A DNA stretch of 64,000 nt from Cladosporium halotolerans (Eukaryota). How positions within the stretch are numbered: the first letter of the stretch is position 1; each line of letters begins with the position of its first letter. Under the pieces are notes generated by a model, which was given only the letters and a program-made list of their open reading frames with translations, did not search any database and had not been told where the DNA came from. Location: positions 1 to 64,000 of the forward strand of contig NW_027191506.1 of the NCBI RefSeq assembly GCF_011745625.1, given 5' to 3'. The position numbers and the translations under genes were made by a program. Positions 1-12,030 of this stretch are shown here, piece after piece.

Positions 1-463
1 AGCTCTTGAATCAGCCTTGTGGCGTGACAGGTCAATGGCGTTGAGAAATCTGGCGTCAAGCTCGTCCTTGTGCCTGGCGACGAAACGAGACGACCAGTTC
101 TTTGAAGGCCTCGTGCCACATAGTTCCGAGGGAGTGTTCGAAACAATTCTGGGAGTCGGTGGGAAACATCGCTCGCAGAGCTTCTTGATATGCTTCACAA
201 GCTCTTTCTCTTGTGCGTTATTCAGTAATCTTTTAGACTCGTGATGTTGGGCCAAATCTGTGGTCATCAGGCGGAAGCGTCTGCTAAGCGTTGATATGTT
301 CACGCCATGAATTCTTGCTACCATAGATATATTTGGCAATTCGCATAAACCCAGCTCCGCAAGCGCCGCGTCCATGACAGCAAAGTCCGTACAGATATCG
401 CGTGGTAAACAAAGCGTGTCATGACCGCATCGCGCGTGCACGCAGTGTGTCTGTGCACGCAGT
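1..463 (-). mobile_element. Left end of a pogo/Fot1 (Tc1-mariner superfamily) DNA transposon: putative TIR plus transposase N-terminus, continuing beyond the window start
   Basis: The minus-strand frame from ATG 375 reads MDAALAELGLCELPNISMVARIHGVNISTLSRRFR...RLLNNAQEKELVKHIKKLCERCFPPTPRIV...PSKNWSSRFVARH. This is the HTH-psq plus CENP-B HTH pattern of Fot1/pogo transposases. The putative terminus reads ACTGCGTGCAC from 463, with an internal repeat of this unit near 436-446. Confidence 0.8.
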
Positions 464-1803
464 GATTGATTGATTGATTGATTTATTCCATTAAGTCTTT
501 GACCCCAGTCGTGATGGGGGTGCGGGTGTACCGCTAGCTGCCCATATGGGGCGCTATGTAGACTATGTACATTGTCGTTGCCATTGCTGCCATTTTGGTT
601 CTCCGCTCTGCTGCTTCGAGCGGAGCGTCGGGTCGGGCTCGGGCGGCCTCCGGGCCGTTCGGCGCTTAGCGCTACGCCCGACTCGGCTAGTTAGACCAAG
701 AGTTTCGGCGGCCTTGGCTGTGCGATGTGTACTACGGCGTGTGGCCGAAATGACCTGGGGCTCTTGATTGGGGTTGCCTTAGCTGCCAGGCGGGCGTGTT
801 ATTCGTTCTCGTCCGCCTTTTCGGCGTAGAGCTGTGTCTGTGTATTCCTGAACTGGGTCAGGAGACCTGTACGGCGTAAAAAGTGTGCTGCGTTAGCGGC
901 TGATGTTGCCGAAGAGAGTAGATTGCGGAGAGGTGTGTGGAAGGCGTGAATGTACGCCCTCCCGAACACCTCCTTCCTGAGCGCGGCATACTCAGGGCAT
1001 TCGCACAGTACGTGCTGGACCGTTTCGACTGCCTCGCCGCACCCTCGACAACTGCTTGTTGGGCGTTTGTTGATCTTGGCGAGGTAGCCGTTCAGTCCGA
1101 TTTTTCCCGTCCGTGCCTGGACGAGGATAGATGACTGGGCCTTTCCCGGCGCGAGCTTGCCGCAGATCGTCCGCAAAGTCTTCGCCGTCTGGTACGGGTC
1201 TTCGTCGAAATGGAGTCGGTAATATGCGCCAGCCGGGGATGATTCCCAGAGCGACCTCCAGTGACCTCGTGCGGCCTGCTGGATATGTCGACGGTAAGCC
1301 GATCGGAGGGTACTCCGTCCTACGATCTCTCTTGCCCGGGGGCCGCTTTGTTCGCGTCCGTCCCCTGGTGGCCTCCATCCCGTCGCCTCCTTCGCGAGGA
1401 CATCTGCGACCTCATTCCCTTCGACATCCGCGTGGCCCGGGATCCATCGCAGCTCGATTTGAATTTCGCGTTTCCTCAACTTCGATATGAGCGCGGCGAT
1501 GGTCTCGAGGATGTGTTGTCCTGACTGCCTGTCCGGTCGCCGGCAGGAGAGAAGTGCGCTTTGGCTGTCCGAGAACACGACGATCCTGCGCAGCAGCGGT
1601 CTATTGCGACCTGCAGAGCGGCGGAGGAGGTCATAGGTCCTCTTCAACGCCATGTAGATGCCGTATAGCTCGGCGGCGTACACGTTGCTCTCCCGGAAGG
1701 GGCCCACATACCGTTGCTGTGACCACGCCTTCCCGCCAGGCTCCCTCGGAGCGTAGACCGCGGAGCCGACTTCCCCCCTGATAGCGCTCCCATCCGTGTA
1801 GTG
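464..1803 (-). mobile_element. 3' fragment of a Tad1-like LINE: RNase H, C-terminal CCHC finger, 3' UTR and (ATCA)n tail
   Basis: ORF 799-1707 has the RNase H motifs AELYGI, VFSDSQSAL and WIPGHADVEGNEVAD, plus CRGC...ETVQHVLCEC. YTDGS lies just upstream near 1800 in a shifted frame. The tail GGAATAAATCAATCAATCAATC ends at 464. Confidence 0.9.
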
Positions 1804-1939
1804 GGGAAGACTTCTAGTCTGAAAAGTCGCAACTATATTGTGTCTTGATCATCATCGTCAGCTGCCTATCGATTGTTGAGTTTATTGAAGAAAAAGCTAT
1901 TCATCACGTAGATATTGTGTCTTCTAGGCGCACCTGTCA

Positions 1940-3439
1940 ATGGCTGCCGTTGTACGCCCGCCGTCGCAGCCGGACGAGAGCGCGTCGCCCGCGTTGACGC
2001 GTCCAAGCCGACAACGCGTCTCACACACCGAGGTCGACTATCGGAAACTGCACCGAGGAATATTGGCAAAGGAAACAGCTCTGTCTCAAGCATCAGGGAA
2101 GAGCAGCGAAACTTCGGAGTCTCGGCTGGACACTGTTTTGAAGGGCATTGCCGGCGTGCGCGAATCTGTTGACGGGCGCTTCGCCCTCGTTCAGGAGGCC
2201 ATCGAACAAGTACCGGACATCGGACAAGTGAAAGAGACCGTATCGGAAGAAGTAAGGGACCTTGTTCAAGAGTAATTGAAGGCCACCGTACAACGCGAGA
2301 TTGTAGAGGCTATTAGGGACGAGGTCAAGAGCGCCGTGCAACAGCAGGTGAGTGGGGTAGTTCGTCGGGAGGTCAAGGAGGTGGTGCAGCAAGAGGTCAA
2401 AAGTATCGTGAAGCAAGAAGTCCAAAGTATCGTGCAGCGAGAGGTCATGAACATTGTCACGGAGATGGTCACTGCGATCGTTCAACAGCAGGTTACTACC
2501 ATAGTCCAACAGCAGGTCACATCTATCGTCCAGGAGCAGGTCACAGCCATCGTCGAAAAGCAGCTATCTAGCATTCAACCGTTGAGCAATCAAGCATCTA
2601 GCCCAAATCCGTCGTACGCCGACGTCGCGCGCACCCCACCAGGCAGTCACCCCAGTAACCTGAGGACGCTCTCCAATCAGACAACCCCATCAACTTTGAC
2701 TGACACGCTGTACTGCACGTTGGACGTTTCCAACGTGGAAGAGGAGGAGAGGGACAGGGCGAATGCAAGCACAATCAGACAGGAGGTCGAGGAAGGCATG
2801 AGAAAGGGTGATGGGGGAAGCGGGTGGCGGTGTGTGGCGGTAACGAGGGACCCTCGCAATTCCGGCCGTATTCGCATCACCTGCCGGGATGAAGAGGAGT
2901 TGGCTCGGGTCAAGGGGGTGGCCGAGAGGGCGAAGGCGAGCGGAGCGCGCGTGCTGCGCGACCAATGGTACCCCGTCAAGGTGGACAACGCGTGCAGGAC
3001 GGCGGTGCTGGATGAGAATGGAGAGCTGCGGGGCGGTGCGACGGAACTGATGGAGAAAGAGAACGAGGTGAAGATTGCCAAACTGTCGTGGCTCAGCCGA
3101 AAGGATTCGCCGAAGGCGTACGGGTCTATGGTCGTGTATGTGACGAAGCGCGCCGACGCAGCAAGGCTCCTGGAGGGCCAGTACTTCAACGTGGACGGAG
3201 AGTCCGCTTTCACCCGGGTGTTCGAACCCAGACGCGGACCGATGCAGTGCTTCAAGTGTCTGGGGCTTGGCCACAGGGCGCTTTCGTGTACCAGACCGCA
3301 GTTGTGCAGTAGGTGCGCTCAACCAGGCCACCGTCGCAGCGAATGCCAGGCGGACAATCCGAAGTGTGCGGTGTGCAACGGACCACACGAATCGTCTAGC
3401 CGCCAATGTCGGATTGTCTACCCAGCAACTGATGTCTAG
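1940..3439 (+). pseudogene. LINE ORF1 (gag-like, three CCHC knuckles) with one internal stop
   Basis: ORFs 1940-2275 and 2276-3439 are in the same frame, separated by TAA (probably CAA>TAA). It has 8-residue repeats (IVQQQVTT-like) and the knuckles CFKCLGLGHRALSC, CSRCAQPGHRRSEC and CAVCNGPHESSSRQC. Confidence 0.88.
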
Positions 3440-5402
3440 ATTGATGAGGTTCTTGCAACTGAATGTGCAGAAGCAGCGCAGCGTGCAGCACAGCATGATG
3501 AACGACGAGAATTTGAAAGACTACGCAGCCTTGATGGTTAGCGAACCGCATGTTTTCGAGATGGATGGGAAGCTGGCAACGAGCCCGATGGGGCACCAAG
3601 GCTGGACGGCCATACTACCCAGCGAGAGGCATGACGGGAGGTGGGCGATCCGTAGCATGCTTTGGGTGCGCAGAGACATCGAATGTGAGCAGGTCGAAGT
3701 GCCGTCAGCGGATCTCACGGTCGCGCTACTGCGTCTGCCAGATCGATCAGTCTTGGTGGCATCAGTGTACGTCAATGGTGGCAATGCGTCGGCGCTGTCC
3801 CAAACGATGGATCTTCTCGGTGAGGCAGTCCGCAGCGCTGGACACCGCGGTGGGCCGCGCCTCGACTTGGTTATTGCCGGGGACTTCAACCGCCACGACC
3901 AATTGTGGGGCGGAGACGAGGTGCTGTCGCAGCGTCAAGGCGAGGCAGACCCGATCATCGATTTCATGGGGGAGTGGAGCCTCGCGAGCCTACTGCCTCG
4001 AGGTACCAAGACATGGCAGGACAGTAGGTACGCGACGACGATCGACCTGATGTTGGTATCACAGGAGCTGGCGGCGAATGTGGTGAAGTGCAAGATCCAC
4101 GACACAGAGCATGGGTCTGACCACCGTGCAATCGAGACGACATTCGACGTCGACCTCCCGGAGCGCGTTGTCGAGCCACGTCTACTGTACAAGAACGCTC
4201 CATGGAAGGAGATCCGGGAACGGATCGCTCGAACATTGCAGCAACAACGTCGGGGCGTCACGGTTCAGGAGCAAACCGATCGTCTGATGCATGCAGTCCA
4301 AGAAGCGGTCTTCGCGCTGACGCCCAAGGCAAAGCCTTGCCCGTACGCGAAGCGAAGGTGGACTCAGGATCTGACGAAGCTCCGGCGGGTGTACACTTAC
4401 TGGAGGAATAGAGCTCGAGCTCAGCGACGCGGTGGAGAGGCCTTGCCGACACTGGAACAGCAGGCTCGAGCGGCGTCTAAAGAGTACCACGATGCTATAC
4501 GCAGACAACAAAGGACGCATTGGGACGACTTCCTGGCGGATGACGCCAACATATGGAAGGCAACGCGGTATCTGCAGCCAGACCAAGGATCCAGCTGTTC
4601 GAGGATCCCGCAGCTGCGAAGGGCGGATGGATCACTTACGAAGAACACTGCGGAGCAAGCGGAGCAGCTGCTCGCGACCTTCTTTCCGCAACTGCCTGAG
4701 AATATAGAGGAGGAAGGTGACAGGCCACAAAGAACTGCTGTTGCCATGCCGCAGCTGACCAGAGAGGAGATTGCGAGCTGTCTCATGAAGACCAAACCGT
4801 GGAAGGCAGCAAGGGAAGACGGAATCCCGGCCGGCGTGTGGAGACAGGTATGGCCGGCCGTGAGTGAGAGTGTCCGCCACCTGTTTCAAACCTCCCTCGA
4901 CACAGGAGTGATTCCTCAGCAATGGAAAGTGGCAAAGATCATTCCGCTCAAGAAGCGTAACAAGGACGACTACACCCTGGCGAAGGCGTGGAGGCCCATC
5001 TCACTACTATCGACGCTGGGGAAATTGCTGGAGGCAGTCGTCGCGGAGAGGGTATCGTTTGCGGTCGAGACCTACGGCCTGCTGCCGGCCAACCACTTCG
5101 GTGCGAGGAAGCAGAGGTCTGCGGAGCAGGCGCTGTTGCTCCTCCAGGAGTGCATCTACACAGCGTGGAGAAACAAGAGAGTGGTGAGCTTGGTCAGTTT
5201 TGATGTGAAAGGCGCCTACAACGGGGTCTACAAAGACAGACTGCTGCAGCGGCTCCAGGCCAGAAGCATCCCCTCAGACTTAGTGAACTGGATCGACGCC
5301 TTCTGCTACAAACGCATGGCCACGATCGTGGTGAATGGCCAGGCATCCGACGTGAGAGCACTCGAACAAGCCGGGCTACCGCAAGGCTCCCCTTTGTCTC
5401 CG
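3432..5402 (+). pseudogene. LINE ORF2: APE endonuclease plus truncated reverse transcriptase
   Basis: APE motifs FLQLNV, GDFNRH, TIDL and GSDHRAI. RT motifs WRPISLLSTLGKLLE, HFGARK, SFDVKGAYN and GLPQGSPLSP, followed by unrelated sequence. Confidence 0.92.
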
Positions 5403-7866
5403 GACAGTCGGCTACTCCCACAGCTTGCGCGATCCAAAGGGCCCAACACGGCCGCCAAACCCTCAACGTGGACTGCAGCCATCGAGCTCGGCGCATCGAA
5501 TGGTCAAGCTGATAAACAAGCCAGGAGCTGAATGGGAATTGGTCAGATGGGCGCAAGGCGTGAGCGCAAGCAGTACAGGAGGGGCCGAAGCCATACCTGC
5601 TTTGACTGCGATGAGGAAAAAGAGGGTGACTCGTTGAGATACTCCACGGTCACGCGGCCGTGCGTGCCAGAAGCGCAACCCTGGAGACTGGGAGGTGTTT
5701 GCCTATCCCAAGATGGCTTTCGTGGATGGGGGCTCCACACCTGACATACCGCGAACGCTGGAGCTCCAAAAAGAAAAGGCAAAAAAAGTTCGGCATGACG
5801 TCCAAAGAGGTGGCTATCGCGTTTTTTCGGCATAGAGTAAGCGAGGTCATTGGGCGAAAAGAAGGAAGCTTCAAGATATACATGAACATCAGCGACCGCT
5901 GGACGAACAGCAGCGGGCAAAAACTCACGCTGAGCTTGCAGGGCCTGGGCACGGAAGCCGAATTTGAACATGCCAATGAGTGTATGAGCAGTGTCATGGG
6001 TTGCATCTCGAACAGCAGTGGCGATGGACTGAAAGATGGATTCCACGTGGTGGTGGACTTTGGTCATTCTGGAGTGGTAAGTCTTGGAAGCCAGAGCACC
6101 TTTGCAGATCTAATGCTGTACAGAACGTCGGCCTTGTTCAAGTCGCGGATGGGGTCATCCTTAGTCCTCAAGAATATAAAGATCAACCGGGAGGTGCAGG
6201 ATAAATCAACATGGCCGTGGAAAATGAGGTCCAGTCAATCAACAGGATCAATGGTGCCAAGTCCTCCGAAGTTAATGTCTGGGAAGTGTCCGTGTGTATC
6301 GATGCATACTTCAAACCCGAGCCGGAAGCCGAGATCGCCGCCCGGTTTGGACTTTCGGACGAAGAAGCAAATCAAGTGATGGTGCCTGCGAATCTAGCAA
6401 ACAAGAGTCTTGATCAGCGCCGCACAAAGACTGCGCGCCTACGCTAGACGCCGCTCTAAAATTGGTCCGCGAATCGAAAGTTGAGGTCTGGTTTTACGTG
6501 GTGTTGACTGGTCGTGGGTCGCGAAACCCTACGGCCCTCAGAGCCTTCGGGAAGATAATCAGCGAAGATTTTTCGACGGCAGAAGTGCGTCTGGACAAAA
6601 AAAGAAACATGTAAGTGATATCGAGAACAAGCTCGAAGTGCTGTTATAAGTGGTGATTGACGATCTGAGCAGCACGGCTGTCATTGCGGGAATGATGACG
6701 TTCTCTCGGCCAAGGAAGCGCCTTTGTCGCTCTGGCTCAGAAGCGATCCAGACGGACCGACAAATGAGGATGGTGACGATACCGTGATCCGCATATGCAC
6801 GCAAGGACAAGACATGAACGAATCGCAGACCGTGCTGGAGCGCTTATCAGCATCGCATCCCGTACACCACGAGCTCCGTACACCCGAGGATGGACATCCC
6901 TCACTCGATCTCTCCGTCTTTGGAACACCGGCCGGCATTTCTGAAAAGGACGTCATAGAAGGTTGGAATCTCGACAAGTTTGCCGTCACCAATGCTGGCA
7001 AGGTGACCGAATTTTCAAAATTTTATTGAACGGCAACTACCAGAATCAACCGTCACCCCCAGCAGAAAAGTCTGTCATGTGTATCTATCCGCGATGATAT
7101 TTAAGGTGGAGTTCTACGCTACCTTTGCGTCCGATAGACGCACCGTCAAGGCATTGGAGAAGACGCCGTTTGGAAGTCGCCTTTCATGAAGGGCAACTCA
7201 CTCCGAAATGGCAAAAGTACGGAGGCATCAATTTGAGCTTTGTTAAACTGAGACAAGTTGCCAGATCAGAGTTGCTACTGAGGGCCTCAACCAAATTCAC
7301 CAGCACCAGCAGGGCAGCGGTCAGAGGCCACCACTGTGCTCGGTTCGCCGTCAGATACTACCAAGTCCGCGTTGGACAAAATACGTTCTGGAATGGGCAG
7401 CAAAAAGAGGAAGTCAACGCATCCAAGCAGCGGTCGACAACTCCCAAGGCACTTCCAACGGTATCGATTCTTTCCATTCAGCACACTTCTGCAGAAGTAG
7501 GATCCCTTTGTCCGGCAAAAGCTTCTCTCCACGGATATTGCCATATCTGCATGTTCTTTGGTGCTAGGCCGGCGATACAGCTGCCGGTCCGGAAGGCGTC
7601 AGTGTCTATCTCAAGACTAGCATGTATCACACCACTAGCTTTGACATCATCATAAATTCGCAATCTTGTTGGAGATAGACTCTGCCTTAGGCTTTGACGA
7701 CGGTCTTCTGACTCCTCAAAAGAGATTCGCTCGTTGACCACCGGAATGGTCACTGTTTTGGGCAGACACTTTATGTACGATATCGGGATACCGTGGCGAG
7801 CATGATTGTACGTTAGAGCGATGCGAGAGCACACATAAATTTAGAAGCCAGGGAAGTCATAATTCC

Positions 7867-8059
7867 TGTAAGCTACAGTATACGGCTTATGATTACTAAC
7901 CCTTCTGTCTCTCTTTCTCTGTTTGTATTATAGCTCTTCAAGTTATGAACACGTGATCTAGGCATCAACTGGCTTGCGACTGAGACCGTCTATGGCTCTG
8001 TTTCTGATTTCTGGGCGGCAATACCTACGCACCGTGCACCCTGCCTCGCGCCCGTGACA
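7867..8059 (-). repeat. Probable solo LTR (~190 bp)
   Basis: The minus strand starts TGTCACG and ends CTTACA, with an internal AATACA poly(A)-like signal. The flanks ATTCC and CTTGC match only 3/5, so the TSD is not confirmed. Confidence 0.45.
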
Positions 8060-8344
8060 CTTGCCCTTGACACCCTCACCTTCGCTCCGATCACAGCCTG
8101 CTCGTGATACTATACAGTGTTTGCTTCAAGAATTCAGACAATATAACCATTTTGCAAAGGTGTGTAATAAGGATTTTCGAGCATATTGATCTCGACTTCA
8201 TTGACTGATCAATCGATAGAGCATCCTTCGCCGTCCAATATATTGTTCTCCAAGTTTTGTATCCGATTGTTTATGATTGGAAGTTGCTGATTTAACAGAT
8301 AAGTCATGATGGCCTTCGATAATTTTGAGGTCTGCTTACCCTCT

Positions 8345-10288
8345 CTACGGGAAGTGAGGAGTATTCAGAGCAAGGCCCATAGTGATACCACCGATTAGGG
8401 CGGCCGCAGGAACCGTGATAAACCAAGAGCCCAGAATTAGGAAGACTCGCTTCCAGTTCACGGCGCGGAGGCTGCCGTTGCAGAGACCGGACCCCACTGT
8501 CGCGCCGGTGATACACATGGTGGTGGAGACAGGCAAGCTATATTGCGAGAAGACAAGGACTGTGATAGCGGCGCCTAATTCCATAGAGGCGCCACGACTG
8601 GGCGAGTGGTACGTGATCTTGTTGCCCATAACTGCGATAATCGATTAATTTACTGTTTCATGTCTGCGTAACAGAGAGACGTACCCTTCATAATGTTGTA
8701 ACCGTAGGTGATGAAGCCGATGTCAAGTGCGACGACTATGACAGCAATCTGCCAGAGAGGCACGGGTTCTTTGCTAGCAGCAGGGTTACCAGTAGTCCAA
8801 GCAGCATACATGCCAGCCCAAACACCGACCGCGTTGCCAACGTCGCCAGCACCATGTGCAAATGAAGCAGTGCATGCCGTGATAATCTGGATGAAAGAGT
8901 ACAAATATTCGACCTCGTTGGGATATTTCGGAGCATGCGCGTAAGTTCGAGCCATGCGCTTGCCCTCTGGTGTGCCCTCAATACCAAGTTGGGCAGTGTG
9001 AATGTCGTAGTGAGCACCATATAGGGCCCCTACCACGATCATTGCCGGAAAGCGCTTGAGGACAGTGCGCATGTTTTCAAACTCGTGTAAGGAACCAGCA
9101 CCAAGAGGATTGGTGTGCAAGACACGCATAGCCCACCCCAGAGGATTGTTCTTCTTGCGGAGGTTGGCATGATGTCGCTCTGTAGCTTCATCCATCATGA
9201 GCCTGTAATCAGCATGGGTGATTCCACGCATACCGCCGGCCTCATTGTCAAGAGCAGACCCAGAGGGTGCTTTGCCAGTGTTATCGGCGCCCTTACCCTC
9301 AGCTTCGATAGTCGTTGCCTGTGCAGATTGTCTATCCTCGTCGCTATGCTGAATGACAGCAAAGTCCGGGATCTTGGCGTTAACGGCGTCCGCTGGAACC
9401 GTGCGGTTGAACAGGAAAGGGCCCACGAGAATATCAATCAGACTTAGGGTGTAGTCTTTTTTGATGACTTTCGCGTGCGTGTAAGGCAGGAAAAAAAGTG
9501 CGGAGAGGAAGAAAAGACCCCAGCCAACACCCATGGTTACCGTCGCAATGTACCAGGCAGGCTTTTCCCCAAGACCAAGCCTGGGGCTGCCCTTGTATAC
9601 AATTGTAAGCGTGCAGATGGTCCCGGCGATCAAAAAGAAGAAAGGTGAAGTCCACACAGCCCAATAAACAGCGTTCTCCCTACGCATGTGGACAACCACT
9701 TTGATGAGCGTGAAAATGGTTGCACCGAAGCAGGCAGATATGACGGGTGCCATAAGAAGACCGGCAAAAATGGCACCGACTCCAGACCCGCTGCTCCAGC
9801 CCCATGTAACGCCACTCGCACCGACAGTCGCAACCCCTACGCCAACGAGCGAGGAGACGAGCGAATACGTCGAAGACACAGTGATGTTGTTCTTACTGCA
9901 CCACATAACCCAAGAACCAGCGCCACAGGCGGCGCATGCGAAGGCCAGAAGCTGAACGCCGGCGTTGCCTTGGAAAGCCTCGGGGGAGATGATGCCATTC
10001 TTGATCGTCGAGGCAGTTCGCGCGCCCACGGTAAGTGCACCAAGCAATTCGAAGATTGTTGCGCAGACCATTGCGTTTCGATATGTGAGGGAGCGGGAAG
10101 AAACGCTTGTTGCCCATGAATTCGCCACATCGTCTGAGTACACATGCTTGTTAGCGTCAAAGCTGTCAACCGAGTGTCATAATGCTGGAACGCATGCAAT
10201 ACTAACTGGCCCCATTGTTGTATGCTTCTAACAAAGCAAAGCAAGTGCCTAGTGCAAAGACGTAGGTGTATTCGTCAAGCACTGGCAT
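8345..10288 (-). CDS. PHO89: PiT-family (PHO4 domain) Na+/phosphate symporter, Pho89/pho-4-like; 3 exons
   Basis: Exon 1 MPVLDEYTYVFALGTCFALLEAYNNGA splices to NDVANSW, giving the GANDVANS signature. The second repeat is ASFAHGAGDVGNAVG. The last exon contains MGNKITYHSPSRG and LPVSTTMCITGA. Introns lie near 10137-10206 and 8633-8683. Confidence 0.92.
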
Positions 10289-10539
10289 TGGATTTCGTTT
10301 CCTTAAACGAAGCTTCGATCACGAGTGGTAGAAGTGTCGAGGACTGTCAAGACAATGGAGAAAGTTGTGCTCTGGATCACCGGCAATGGTCTTCCCTAAA
10401 TAGCACTCAAACCGCTGAAAATTCCCTCAACCATCCTCTTCTACTTAGAGACCACGAAGGTCGCCCTTGCAGTCGCCAAGGCGGTGCGCAGTATGCCCAG
10501 ACCTGTAAAGCGTGCAGAAACTCGGGCACGCAAGCCAGC

Positions 10540-10564
10540 CACGTGCTATGAATGCTTCCACGTG
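10540..10564. promoter_or_regulatory. Two CACGTG E-boxes, candidate Pho4/NUC-1/PalcA phosphate-response sites
   Basis: CACGTG occurs at 10540-10545 and 10559-10564, about 250-275 bp upstream of the Pho89-like ATG. Confidence 0.6.
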
Positions 10565-10827
10565 CGCTTGTCGAGCTTGTTCATAGGACTTACCGTCCAT
10601 GGCTAGCTGCTCGATCAATGTATGCTCCAGCGGAGTAGGACCAACAGCTAGGGTTGTCTTGGTTAAGCGTTGGTGGAGCCCCTCTATTTCCTCAGCTAGT
10701 AGCGGCCTTTGCAATGACCAGAAAGCTCAGCCTGATGCATCAAGTCGGAACTGTCCGAGCCAATAGGAAGCTGCTGTCGACACATGTGACTTCGGAAGTG
10801 GCAATTCACGCGACCAGTGGACACCGC

Positions 10828-12030
10828 GATGATGATGATGATGATGATTTTCATTCAGGCTATGCACGGAGACCGTATGAGCCGTCCCTAATCGCTGCCT
10901 AAAAATACCATAAAAATCGCCTTGCACTCATGGCCCGAGAGATTGACCAACACCTCAACCGACCCTCATGTCCAAAGAACGAGACAGTCTGCCAGTCTGG
11001 TAAAGAAAACGGATGGAAGCTTTGACGACCTTCAGATCCGGCTTCCAACTTTCGCGTGGGCCGTCCACGAACTTGCCCGTCCTTGCGTCCTTACGACCGC
11101 TCCATCCTCCTAGCAAGCATGAAGCGTCACCCCACCTGTCGCCTGCCGCTTCCCGCAGTGCTTTGCGGGCTTCAGCATACTTGTCGCAGTGCAGCAGCAC
11201 ATGTAGCACTGTCTCCTCACCGCGTCCACACTCACAGGTCGGACTGTCTGCCAGCTTCTTCCTGAAAAGACAGGCGTTCAAGCCGCAGTGCTCCGTCCGA
11301 GCCTGCCCCAAGATGGAAGCCTCGTCGGACGACAGCGCCCCGTATAGACGGAGCGTGTGCTTGCCCGACCAAGCCTTGTCCATCTTCCACGTGTAGTATT
11401 TCACGCAGACATCATCCTCGTTGGTATGCAGGTGCTTGGCCCGCTCTGCCCTGACCAAGCGCAGCACTCCCGACAGCTCGCGCACCCTCTCGGCCGGGGC
11501 GGCTGTGAGTTCGCTGCCGTTGTCGATGACTGATGTTGCAGCCTGTTTCGCTTCAGCAACACCGCGGATACCTTTGTCACAGGGAACGAGGAAGACTGTC
11601 ACCCGATGGCCGACGCTCTCCATTTCGAGGACGGCACCTGCAATCTTGGGCACCACTTCTCTCCCGCACCCCACCTTGTGCCCCTTTTCGATTGCTGACA
11701 GCGCTTCACTACTCGTCGTTGCTACGTAAACGTGCGCTGTCTTGCGCAGCGTGTCCCTCGCGTGTTCGAGAGCATACAGTATGGCAGTTAGCTCAGCACT
11801 GGCAAGTGAGCACGCGGAAGCCTCCGCCATCGCTTGCTGCTTGACTGTGCCGGTCGACATGCGATACTTGATGATCGCTGCCGCGCCGATCTGTTCATCC
11901 TGCGTCTGCGCAGCCGCATAATACAGATACGCGCCCCGGAAGCGAAGGGAGCGACACAGCTGCACTGCTTCAGCGGACTCTAAATATAGTACCGATCCTT
12001 TCAGAGCCTGCCATGGTGGCCCTCAGAATT
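10828..12030 (-). mobile_element. 3' fragment of a Tad1-like LINE (degenerate RNase H, CCHC finger, (ATC)7 tail)
   Basis: ORF 10955-11965 contains SAELTAI, QARTEHCGLN and CECGRGEETVLHVLLHC. (GAT)7 at 10828-10848 on the plus strand corresponds to a 3' tail. Confidence 0.85.

Larger units (their letters stand above)
1804..5402 (+). mobile_element. 3'-truncated Tad1-like LINE (5' UTR, ORF1, ORF2)
   Basis: A gag-like ORF1 overlaps an endonuclease/RT ORF2. Homology stops right after GLPQGSPLSP, before the RT YxDD motif. Confidence 0.9.

Noticed and set aside
5403..7100. ORFs 5660-6379 and 6724-7029, with an intron-like segment at 6077-6123
   Set aside because: Possibly a gene remnant, but I could not recognise a family or build a consistent model.
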